A stretch of DNA of 64,000 nucleotides from the human T2T-CHM13v2.0 reference genome, Homo sapiens, in assembly GCF_009914755.1 (NCBI RefSeq), contig NC_060932.1; one strand, written 5' to 3'. Below the pieces are notes generated by a model. The model made no database searches and was not told the DNA's origin. It saw only the letters and a list, made by a program, of their open reading frames with translations. This document shows, piece by piece, positions 1 through 10,920 of this stretch. The position numbers were made by a program, and so were the translations under genes. Each line of letters opens with the position of its first letter. Within the stretch, counting starts at the first letter, position 1.

Positions 1-277
1 TTGCTTTCATTTACTAGAGATTTTAACAGAATGGCGTTTGAGGAGATGCAAGAATGTCACCAAGATTTCAACTGAAGTGGTAAAGGAAACCTATCTCTAG
101 ATGAATAAGGAGAACAGCTGGTTGGATTTGGCAGGCTGAGACATCAAAGGCTGCAAGACAGGTGGCTGCAGGGGTGTCAGCTGAGATGCCGCTCCAGCTT
201 GAAAGGTAAGAGACTCTTGGGAAAATTAAGGGGCCACATATATTATATTTTTCTTGTTCATCTTTTCTGGTCAGGCT

Positions 278-1590
278 TTTTTTAAATTTAATTTTATTTT
301 AAGTTCAGTTTTTTTTTTGTTTATTTAACTATTTATTGATTTTTTTTTATTTCAATAGCTTCTGGAGTATGAATCATTTTTAGTTACATGAATAAATTGT
401 GTAGGTGAAGTCTGAGATCTTAGTGCACCCATCACCTGACTAGTGTGCATACTACCCAATATGTAGTTTTTTATTTCTCACCCCTCTTATACCCTCCTGT
501 TTCTGAGTCTCCAAAGTCCATTATACCACTCTGTATACCTTTGTGTACCCATAGCTTAGCTCCCACTTATAAGTGAGAACATATGATATTTGGTTTTCCA
601 TTCTTGAGTTACTTCACTTAGAATAATGGCCTTCAGCTCCATCCAAGTTGCTGCAAAAGACATTATTTTGTTATTTTTATGGCAGATTAGTATTCCATAA
701 TGTGTATATAACACAGTTTTTTAATTCCCTCATTGGTTGATGGGCACTTAGGTTGGTCCTATATCTTTGCAATTGTGAATTGTGCTGCAATAAATATGTG
801 CATACAAGTGTCTGTTTGATATAATGACTTCTTTTCCTTTGGGAAGAGACCTAGTACTACTACTAGGTCTTGTTGGATCAAATGGTAGATCTACTTTTAG
901 TTCTTTAAGGAATCTCCATACTGTTTCTCCATAGCGGTTATACTAATTTACATTCCCACCAGCAGTGTAAAAGCATTCCACTTTCACTGCATCCATGCCA
1001 ACATCTATTGTTTTTTGACCCTTTAATAGTGGCCATTGTTGCAGGAGTTAGGTGATATCTCACTATGTAATTTGCATTTCTCTGATGATTAATGATGTTG
1101 AGCATTTTTTCTTATGTTTATTTGTATATCCTCCTTTGAGAAATGTCTATTCATGTCATTTGTTCACTTTTTGATGGGATCATTTGTGCTTTTTTCTTGC
1201 TGATTTGTTTTAGAATCTCGATATTATTTCTTTGATGGATACATAGTTTGCAAATATTTTCTCCCATTCTGTGGGTAGTCTGTTTACTCTGCTGATTATT
1301 TCTTTTGCTGTGCAGAAGCTTTTTGCTTAATTAGGTCCAATTTAATTTAGTTTTGGTTTTATTGCATTTGCTTTTGGCATCTTAGTCATAAGTTATTGCC
1401 TAGACCAATGTGCAGAAGAGTTTTTCCCAGGTTCTTTCTAGAATCTGTGTAGTTTCAGGTCTTAGATTTAAGTCTTTGATCCATCTTGAGTTGATTTTTG
1501 CAAAAGGTGAGAGATAGGAGCCCAATTTCATTGTTCTACATTTGGCTAGCCTGTTTTCCCAGCACTGTTTATTAAGTAGGTCATCCTTTC
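278..1590 (-). mobile_element. L1PB-like LINE-1, 5'-truncated (3' UTR and end of ORF2)
   Basis: T-rich tail, then L1PB-type 3' UTR on the minus strand (tctgagatcttagtgcacccatcacc; cccacttataagtgagaacat). The ORF at 1400-1612(-) has L1 ORF2 C-terminal residues ([22 protein letters not shown]). Confidence 0.9.
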
Positions 1591-1799
1591 TTAGATTTAG
1601 GTTTAAGAGCAAGATTTTAACTCTTAGTTTTCTTTCCAGAGCTGTAACAAATTACATCTCATATTATAAAGGAACATACTCTATGCAAAAAGATAACTTT
1701 GTAAACTTCCCTGAAAATATTTTGTTAAATAAAAGGGACCCAAAGTAGTCAATGCCATCAACTCCAAATTCTATCTAAATGAACTGTAGTAGAGACATA

Positions 1800-2080
1800 G
1801 AGACAATTGGGAAGATATTTACCGCAAATATATTAAGTCCAGGGGCTGCAGCACTGAGACACTGGGAATGGTAGCAGGAGAGGTCCCAAACTTCAGTACT
1901 GCTCCAGGGTATGTCATTGGCTCTCAGCCCTACGCCAAACGTCCTGTGCTCTTGTCTTGTTTCCAAGACTCTTCCCTAGCCCTACGTTTGATTCTAATTC
2001 TGTAAACGACACAATATTCTTCCAGTACATTCTGAAGTTAGCCAGAATCCATTGCTGGGTCTTGAGAACAAAAATACTGA
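1800..2080 (+). mobile_element. Possible ancient MaLR LTR fragment (MLT1J/K/L-like)
   Basis: Weak resemblance to the MLT1 3' end (agttagccagaatccattgctg...aacaaaaatactgact). Highly diverged. Confidence 0.35.
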
Positions 2081-2245
2081 CTTTTACAACCTTCCAATCA
2101 GTCTTTAATTTCTCTGTTTTTCTTTCATCCACAAATTTCTAGATATATTCTTTTTTAAAATAAAAATAGTTAAGAATGGTCATTCAGGTAGTTACATAGG
2201 CTTTTGTGGGTTTTATAGATACATAACCATTATTAGTACAGGATA

Positions 2246-4220
2246 AGAAATCAACATACAAAAATGAGTAGCATTATATATGCCAACAGCAAGCAATCTG
2301 AAAAAGAAATCAAGGAAGAATTGCTATAAAAAATTAAAATACCTAGCAATAAATTTAACCAAGGAGGTGAAAGAGCTTTACAATGAAAACTATAAAATAT
2401 TACAAAAAGAACTTGAAGAAGACACAAATAAATAGGAAGATATTCTGTGTTCATAAATTAGAAGAATTAATATTGTTAAAATACCCATACTATAAGCAAT
2501 TTACAGCTTCAATGCAATTCTTATCAAACCGCCAATGACATTCTTCACAGCAATAGAAAAAATAATCCTAAAATTTATATGGGACCACAAAAGACCATGA
2601 ATAGCCAAAGCAATCTTAAGCAAAAAGAACAACCCTGGAAGCATTACATTACCTGACTTCAAAATACATTACAAAGCAACAGTAACCCAAACAACATGAT
2701 ACTGGCATAGAAACAGACACATGCACGAATGGAACAGAATAGAGAATCCAGAAGTAAATCCATGAATTTACAGCCAGGTCATTTTTGGCAGAAGTGCCAA
2801 GAACACACAATGGGGGAAGGACAGTCTCTTCAACAAATGGTTCTAGGAAAACTGGATATCCACGTACAGAAGAACGAATAGACCCCTATCTCTCACCACT
2901 TACAAAAATCAACTCAAAATGGATTAAGTGCTTAATTGTAAAACCTGAAACCATGAAACTACTAGAAGAAAACATGGGGGAAACACTTCATGACATTGGT
3001 CTGGGCAAGGATTTTTTAATGATAAGGACCCAAAGCACAGGCAACAAAAGCAAATTGGGATTACATCAAACTAAAAAGCTTCTGCACAGTGAAAGAAAGC
3101 AAAGGAAACAATCAACAGAGTGAAGAGACAACCTATAGAATGGGAGAAAATATTTGCAAACTATGCATCTCACAGGACATTAATATCCAGAATATATAAG
3201 GAACTTAATTCAATAGCAAAATAATAATAATTTGATTAAAGAATAGTCAAAAGACCTGAATAGACATTTCTCAAAAGAAGACATACAAATGGCCAACATG
3301 TGTATGAAAACAATGCTCAACATTGCTAATCATCAGGAAAATTCAAATAAAAATGACAATGAGACATCATCTCACTCCAGTTAGAATAACTATTATCAAA
3401 AAGACAAAAATAAATGCTGGATGTAGAGAAAGGAGAACTCACACACTATATTTAAATTAATACAGCCATTATGGAAAACAATCTGAAGTTTTCTCAGAAA
3501 ACTAAAATTAAAACTATCAAATTATTCATCAATCTTCCTTATGGGTAAATATTCAAAGGAAAGAAAATCAGTATGTTGAAGAGATATCAGCAGCACTCCC
3601 ATGTTTATTGCAGCACTATTCACAATAGCCAAGATATGAAATCAACAAAAGCGTCCATCAATGGAGGAATGAATGAAGAAAACCTAATATATTTACACAA
3701 TGGAATACTATTTTGCTCTATAAGAGAATAAAATCCAGTCATTTTTGACCACATAGATAAGCCCAGAGGACAGTATGTTAGGTAAAATAACTCATGCTCT
3801 GAAAGATAAACACCCCCATGATTTCACTCATATGTGGAATCTAAAAAAACATTATGTCATAGAAGTAGAGAGTAAAATAGTGGTTACCAGAGGCTGGGAA
3901 AAGGAGAAGAAGAGGGGGTTGGAGAGATGTTGGTCAATGATTACAAAGTTACAGTAAAATAGGAGGAGAAATGAGTTCTAGTGTTCCGTTGCAGAGTAGG
4001 GTGACTATAGTTAACAACAAAGTGTATATTTCAAAATAACTAGAAGAGAAAATTTTGGATGCCCTCACCACTAAGAAATGATAATATTTGAGGTGATGAA
4101 TATGCTAATTACCCTAATTTGATCATTACATAATGTATACATATGTCAAAATATCACACTGTACCCCATAGATATGTACAAGTGTTATATGTCAATTAAA
4201 AATATAATAAAACTGAAAAA
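2246..4220 (+). mobile_element. L1MA-like LINE-1, 5'-truncated (ORF2 3' part and 3' UTR)
   Basis: ORF2-derived text (IDPYLSPLTKINSKWIK..ETMKLLEENMGETLHDIGLGKDF in ORF 2785-3123), an L1MA-type 3' UTR (gtggttaccagaggctggg; tgctaattaccctaatttgatcattaca) and an A-rich end. Confidence 0.92.
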
Positions 4221-4899
4221 GACATGAAAAATTTGTACATTTTCTATGAGAAGATGTGTTGCACATCCCAAAGGGACTTTTTAAAAACTTTTCCAAATAA
4301 TAGTTATATATTAGTTAGAAGTTTCTAAATCATGTTAGGAGGCAGATTTTTTTCATACAAAGAAAGTTAATTGTACAAAAATAGTTTCTTTCACAGTTAA
4401 GTTTCCTAACTATCAAGCTTCCCAGCTAAGCTTTCTTCTTAAAATGTCTGTTATTATCCCAGTTAAGGAACTATATATAGGAGCTCAAATTTTCATCAGA
4501 TTGATGAAATGTCAGCTCCTTCAGAGAATGGATTTTCAGTAATCCATCTGTTAAATGGTTGGATTTTTTTAAGTATGAGATTTCACAATAAAAGAGAAGA
4601 GGAAAATATTTAGATCCTTCAGCCATATTATTTTGACATAATGGCATATTTACTCAATAGAAGTTCTTCACAAATAATTATAGTTTCCATCAAGGCCATT
4701 TCTTATGCTCAACTGTAATTACTTTGGATTTGCTGTAGTTCACATCCCATTCTGTAGCTTACTTACGAAGAAAATTGTGATTAAAATTTAGAATTTTCAA
4801 AATTGTCCTTGAAACTCTTTGCCTCTTCCTAAGAGAAGAAATTTAAATCTCTTTAAAACTGATTCAACTAGAAGCCTAACATGAATGCAAAGTTGGTGA

Positions 4900-4990
4900 G
4901 AGAGCATATCAAAGTCACATAGCTAATCAGTGGCAAAATCAGGACTTTAATATAGGTCTTTTACTCCAAGGCTGTGTTCTACTTACAGCA
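4900..4990 (-). mobile_element. MIR fragment
   Basis: MIR core-like aaagtcacatagctaatcagtggcaaaatcaggacttt. Confidence 0.55.
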
Positions 4991-5299
4991 AAATATTGTA
5001 TTTTTTTAAGTATCACTATTTTAGAACACTTTTTGAAAACAAACTGAAACACTCTTTTGCAGATAAATGTAAATGTCTCAATTGCATTCTTTTTCTACTT
5101 TAAACTGCACTTAGTAATTTTAGTTCCTTCAATGTTCACATATCAAGCAGCTTATGTTAGTGGATTTTAAGGTTGAATTTTAAAATATTAATGTTTAAAC
5201 CAATTAAAGATGCAATAATTCAACTTGTTCTAACACTTTTTCAATAAGATTTGGGTTTCTTAAGAGCATTCTAACAGTAATAACTGATTCTTATTGTCT

Positions 5300-5850
5300 T
5301 TAATTTATTGAGTAAATATTATTGAGAACCAACCATGGGCGAGGAACTGTTCTGGGAACGTGGGATGCCTCAGGTAACTAAAAAACCCCACAATCTCTGC
5401 TCTCATCAAACTAATGTTTTTAAAAATTATGAACAGACAATAAACAAAATGGAAATCCTTTGGAAAGTTTGAATAGAAAAGCAACATAACCCAGCTTATG
5501 TTCTAAAAAGATAGCCATAAGTGCTGTATGGAAATCATCCTAAGAGGGTGGGAGGAGATGAGGGTAGAAACATGAACACTACTTGGAAACATATTACAAT
5601 AGTCTACTGAGAGATGCTGGTGGTGTGGAAAAGGTGATAGCCATAAAGATCATAAGCAGGTTAGACTCAGGAAATATTTTGAGGGTAGATCCAAGAGGAT
5701 TTCCTGGCAGATAGAATAAGATGAAGGCAGGATTTAAAAATGCATCCAAGGATTTGGAGTAAACAACAGGAAGGATGAGCTGCTTTCAACAGAGATGGGA
5801 AAGAATTTGAGAAGAGCAAATGTGGGGAGAAATCTTTGTGTACAAAAGAC
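5300..5850 (-). mobile_element. L2 LINE fragment
   Basis: L2 3' end on the minus strand (tattgagaaccaaccatg...actgttctgg...ctctgctctcat) followed by purine-rich L2 body. Confidence 0.65.
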
Positions 5851-5999
5851 TAAAAAGTGATTAAGAGCTCAGATGGGACCAATGACATATGTCTGTCTCC
5901 ATGTATTTCATAAATGAGGCCACATGCTTTTTGGGGGTGTCTCTTTGCAGTGAGTAGAAACGAGAATGATGAGTTGTCTTGAAATGCATTCCTGGGGTT

Positions 6000-6290
6000 G
6001 GCCAGGCACGGTGTCTCATGCCTGTAATCCCAGTGCATTGAGAGGCTGAGGTGGGCAGATCATCTGAGGTTGGGAGTTTGAGACAAGCCTGACCAACATG
6101 GAGAAACCCCGTCTCTACTAAAAATACAAAAGTGGCCAGGCATGGTGGCACATGCCTGTAATCCCAGCTACTCAGGAAGGCTGAAGCAGGAGAATTGCTT
6201 GAACCTGGGAGGTAGAGTTGCAGTGAGTAAAGATCGTGCCACTGCACTCCAGCCTGGTCAACAAGAGTGAAACTTGGTCTCTAAAAAAGA
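6000..6290 (+). mobile_element. AluS (AluSp/Sq-like)
   Basis: Dimeric Alu starting ggccaggcacggtg, with cctgaccaacatggagaaaccc and caacaagagtgaaact. Degenerate TSD gaaatgcattcctggggt (5981) / gaaatgaatacctagggt (6442). Confidence 0.95.
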
Positions 6291-6343
6291 AAGAAAAAGA
6301 AAGAAAAGAAAGAAAGAAAGGAAGAAAGAAAGAAGGAAAGAAA

Positions 6344-6411
<68 letters not shown>

Positions 6412-6445
6412 AAAGAAAGAAAAGAAAGAAAGAAAGGGAAAGAAA
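6283..6445 (+). repeat. (GAAA)n-type purine microsatellite derived from the Alu tail
   Basis: About 160 bp of A/G only, directly visible. Confidence 0.97.
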
Positions 6446-6829
6446 TGAATACCTAGGGTCTAGTAAGGAGGGTCAAAGTCCTAGGAGCTAGAAGACATTT
6501 GGCTTTCAGACTTTTATTCAGTACCATCTCTTATTTACTCAATTGCACATTCATGAGGGCAACATAAACAAAGCACAGTCTTTTTTCTCAAGGAAGGGAA
6601 ATATAGAAAAGCAAACAAATAAAAATTTCTCTGTTTTATTAATTGGACCTTATGATGTATAACAGTTTTTTCTTCCAAAACTTTATTTATATAAAGTTTT
6701 TATATACTTAAGAAATACATAAATTACCTACAAATTTCTTAATGTTTATAATTAAAATGTTTTTGTAATCTTTAAAATTTCAATTCAAACATGTTACGAA
6801 TTTGGTGGATCTCCCCTAAAACAAACAAC

Positions 6830-7419
6830 TGTGCCCAGAGTTTGTTCCTTCTGGTGGATTTGTGGTCTCATTGACTTCAGGAATGAAGCTGCAGACCTTT
6901 GCAGTGAGTGTTACAGCTCTTAAAGGTGGTGCAGACCCAAAGAGTGAGCAGCAGCAAGATTTATTGTGAAGAGCGAAACAACAAACTTCCAAAGCATGGA
7001 AGGGGACCTGAGCGGGTTGCCACTGCTGGCTGGGCCAGCTTTTATTCCCTTATTTGTCCACACCCACATCCTGCTGATTGGTCCACTTTACAGAGTGCTG
7101 ATTGGTCCATTTTACAGAGTGCTGATTGGTCTATTTTACAAACCTCTAGCTAGCCACAGAGCGCCAATTAGTGTGTATTTACAGAGCACTGATTCATGCA
7201 TTTTACAAACCTCTAGCTAGCCACAGAGCGCCAATTAGTGTGTTTTTACAGAGCACTGATTCATGCATTTTACAAACCTCTAGCTAGCCACAGAGTGCTG
7301 ATTGGTACATTTTACAATCCTAGCTACAGAGTGCTGATTGGTGCATTTTGCAATCCTCTTGTAAGACAGAAAAGTTCTCCAAGTCCACCTGACCCAGAAG
7401 TCCAGCTGGCTTCATCTCA
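6830..7419 (-). mobile_element. 3' LTR (LTR12 family, LTR12F-like)
   Basis: Minus strand begins TGAGATGAAGCCAGCTGGACTTCTGGGTC and ends CA. It has repeated CCAATCAGCACTCTGT units, an AATAAAA TATA-like box (~7040-7046) and a polyA signal AATAAA (~6960-6965). Confidence 0.93.
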
Positions 7420-7431
7420 AATCCCCCCTCT
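7420..7431 (-). other. Polypurine tract (PPT)
   Basis: Minus strand reads AGAGGGGGGATT immediately before the 3' LTR. Confidence 0.9.
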
Positions 7432-7469
7432 AAACAGGACACCCCAGCTGCTGTTGGGAATTGGGCGAT

Positions 7470-8323
7470 GACCACTCTAGCTACTTCCTACTGGATAGGG
7501 GTGAAGAAGGGGCTCTGCAGTGTAGTGTCCTCCAGAGGGGAACTTTCTAGGCCAGTCAAAGAGCCAGTGGGTCGATCCAGGGGTCCTCAGCAGAAGTTGT
7601 TAGTTGAGCTCATTTGGAGTTCCATTTGTAAGGCCATCTGTAGCTTGATGGCCTTGATCCTGGAGGAAACAAATTTGACAAGGAGTTTAAAAATACAAGG
7701 TCCAAAGGTGAGTAATAGCAAGATGGCTGTCATGGGACCTAGAAAGGGGTGAAGCCATGCCGCCCAACTCCAGAGGTTGGTATAAGAGTTTGAAAGGCAT
7801 TGTCTGATTTCAGAAGCCTTTTCCTGTAAATGCTGGGTGGAGTCTCATACTATCCCTGACTGGTTAGTGTAAAAGCAACATTCTTCCCCTAAGAAGGTGC
7901 AGAGTCCTCTTTTCTCAGTAGTGAGGAGGTCTAGGCCTCGGCATTTTTGGAGAGTCACTGCTGCCAGAGTCTATTTGGGATTGAAGAGTAAGGATAGATT
8001 TTGTTATTTCTTGCTAACTGTCTAAGAAATCCTTTGAGAGTGTGCAGTAGTAGGATAATGAAGTAGATAAACCTGCTATTCTGGTTCCTGTAGCAGTGGT
8101 ATTCCTAACTCTATAAGTAGGGGTATTAGTTGAATGGCCCTGCGCTGATGGACTTGATCTTTAAGGGGCACTGATAGGGTCTGATTTCCTGGGGCAATGT
8201 TAATGTTGGGACTTAGGAAGACTAAGGTGTGGGTGCCTGTCCAGTTGGTGGGGAGGCAGATATAGGTTGAAGCTCCACATAAGAAGAATATGCCTTGGCT
8301 GGGTAGACAGAAACGTACCCTGG
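7470..8323 (-). pseudogene. env: HERV9 env remnant (SU C-terminus and TM), disrupted
   Basis: FCLPSQGIFFLCG..NWTG..QRRAIQLIPLL (cleavage site and fusion peptide), an ISD-like [10 protein letters not shown] (~7923-7952) and the CX6CC motif CTFLGEECC. Contains stops and frameshifts, and the 5' part of env is absent. Confidence 0.9.
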
Positions 8324-8519
8324 CTTCTCTTTCTTTCTCTCTCTTTGTCTCTCTGTCTCTTCCTCTGTCTCTCTTTCCTCTCTGTCTCTGACTTTCTGTG
8401 TCTTTCTCTCTTTCTGACTCCTTCTTTATCTGTCTCTTCCTCTCTCTCTCTTTCTCTTTGACTTTCTGTCTTTCCCTTCCCTCTCTCTTTCTGTCTGACT
8501 CCCACTTTGTCTCTCTGTC
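8324..8519 (-). repeat. GA-rich low-complexity tract replacing integrase and 5' env
   Basis: (TC)/(TCTG)-rich on the + strand, lying between the end of pol homology and the start of env homology. Confidence 0.9.
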
Positions 8520-10920
8520 ATTAACCACCCTGAGGGGAGAAAACTATGCCCCATGAAAGTCCCCATTCTGTTTCAGTCGGGGAATACTGGGGCTTAATCT
8601 CTTGGAGGGGATTGTTTCATACCAAGGATCCTTCCATAAGTATTTCTAATGAGAGGTTCCACCTGGCAGCAATTTTGGCCTCAGCATCTGCCTGATGGTT
8701 TCCTTCTGCCTTTTCTCCTTCACCTTTTTGATGGCTTTGGCAGTGTAAGATTGCCACCTCCTTGGGTTTTTGCACTGCATGCAATAAGTCCATGATTTCC
8801 TTGTGGTATTTAATGGGGGTTCCCCCAGAGGTTAGGAACTCCCTTTCTTTCCTTATTGCAGCATGGGCATGTAGGATTAGATAAGCATACTTGCTATCTG
8901 TATACACATTTATTCTTTTTCCCTTTCCCAGTTCTAAGTCTCAGGTAAGTGCCACTAGTTCTGCTAACTGGGCACTGGTCCCTGTGGGAAAAGGCTTACT
9001 TTCAAGTGCTGTTACATCATTAACTATGGTGTGGCATAACCTGCCCTTTGTATCCCATTCTCCACAAATGAACTTCCATTGGTATACAGATTAAGGTCAG
9101 GATTAGCTAAGGGGACTTATAAGAGATCTTCTCAGGTGGCATAAGTCTGGACTATAACTTGTTGGAAATCATATTCAATTGGTTCCCCATCCTCTGGGAG
9201 AAAAGTGGCAGGGATGAGGGCTGCACACATGTGTATTTGCAGCACCAGTCCCTCAAGCAGCAGCATCTAAACAGGCAGTTGTCTGATAGCCATAAACTTC
9301 CTTTGGCACCTAGTATGCCATTTACATCATGAGTAGTCCGGACGGTGAGATCCTTTCTTTGTATTATTTTGATAGCCTCTGACACTAAGACAGCCACCGC
9401 CACAACCACCCATAAACAGTGAAGCCAGGTTTTGCTATATCAATTTCCTTACTTAGGTATGCCACTGGTTGTGGGGTTGTCCCACAAGTCTGAGTAAGGA
9501 CTCCAAGAGCTATTCGTGCTCTCTCTGTGACGTATAAAGAGAAGTTTTGTCCTGTGGGAAGGCTTAAGCCTGGAGCTTGTACTAGGGCCTATTTTAAGGT
9601 TTTGAAGGCTGTTTCTGCCTCTGGTTCCCATTCTATTAGATGAGTATTTGCCCTCTGGGTCTCCTTGATTAGAATATAGAGAGGCCTGACTATCTCACTG
9701 TATCTAGTGATCCATAGTTGGCAAAAGCCTGTGATTCCACGGAACCCCTGCAACAGTTTTAATGTCTTAGGGTGAGGATAAGCCAGCACAGGCTGTATTT
9801 GTTCCTTGCTGAGGGTCTTGGTTCCTCTGGCTAAAATTAGGCCTAGATATTTGACTTGTTGTAGGCAGAGTTGGGCCTTCAATTTAGATGCCTTGTATCC
9901 TTGATTAGCTAGAAAGTTTAAGAGATCTAGAGTAGCCTGCTGGCATGAGGCATCCAAACTGGTAGCCAAAAGTAAATCATCCACATACTGAAGGACCAGA
10001 GTACCTCGACTTGAGAAGTGGTCTAGATCTTGGGCCAGTGCCTGACCAAACAGATGAGGGCTATCCCTAAACCCTTGGGGCAAGACCATCCATGTAAATT
10101 GGGACGTGTGGTCTGTGGAATCCTCAAAGGCAAAGAGAAACTGGGAGTCAGAGTGCAGGGGAATACAGAAGAAGGCATCCTTGAGGTCCAGAACAGTGAA
10201 CCATTCTGCTTCCTCTTGTATTTGAGAGAGCAGGGTATAGGGGTTGGGTACAATTGGATATAGAGGAATTACTGCCTCATTGATGAGTCTAAGATCTTGC
10301 ACTAGTCTCCACTGACCATTCGATTTTTGTACTCCTAGAATCGGGGTGTTGCAGGGACTGCTGCATTTTCTTACTAAGCCTTGAACTTTTAAATATCTAA
10401 CTATATCCTGCAATCCTTTATGAGCTTAGGCCTTAAGGGATATTCCCTTTGATAAGGAAAACTGGTGGGGTCTTTTAGCTTGATTTGGACTGGGTGGGCA
10501 TTTTTTGCCCTTCCAAATTGTCCTTCCAATGCCCAGACTTCAGGGTTGATTTCCTCCTCAAGCAGGGGACAACAAATGGGTAACTTTTTCCCCATATTCA
10601 TGTAGATAATAACTCCAGCTTTGGCTAATATGTCCATCCCTATAAGGGTGTGGGACTTTCAGACAAAACAAGAAAGGCATGTGAAAAGAGCAAAGTCTCT
10701 GAATTACAACTGAGAAGGTGGGAGAAATACCTGGTTACAGGCTGTCCCGGGATTCCTCGGATGGTAATGGACCTTGAGGACAGCTGTCCAGGACGGGAGG
10801 TTAACACTGAGAAAGCTGTGCCAGTGTCCAGAAGGAAGTCAATTTTCTGGTCCTCAATAGTTACACATACCCGGGGCTCAGTGAGGTGATGACATGAGCT
10901 GGTTCTTGCCCCAGGCACCC
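8520..10920 (-). pseudogene. pol: HERV9 pro-pol remnant (protease, RT, RNase H; integrase missing)
   Basis: Protease FLLDTG (ORF 10640-10918), RT motifs LDLKDAFF, LPQGFRDSP and YVDD (ORF 9589-10413), and RNase H YTDSKYAYLILHAH...GNHQAD (ORF 8617-8907). Split by frameshifts and stops. Confidence 0.95.

Noticed and set aside
5861-6247. Alu-derived ORFs (also 18221-18500, 32964-33260, 52897-53227, 61362-61728)
   Set aside because: These are typical Alu reading frames (e.g. [24 protein letters not shown]), not genes.
6236-6456. K/E/R-rich ORFs (70 aa and 60 aa)
   Set aside because: They are translations of the (GAAA)n Alu tail, which contains no stop codons.
7072-7350. Regularly spaced repeats that superficially resemble a CRISPR array (also 13821-14080)
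   Set aside because: They are tandem LTR12 U3 CCAAT units with no unique spacers and no cas genes, in a primate genome.
6908-7752. Plus-strand ORFs with repeating LQSADWSI / YRVLIGPF peptides (also 13688-14177)
   Set aside because: They are antisense translations of the 24-bp LTR repeat and env, and are not evidence of an antisense gene.
7470-8323. Possible domesticated syncytin-like env
   Set aside because: The signal peptide and most of SU are deleted, and TM has stops, a frameshift and a mutated ISD.
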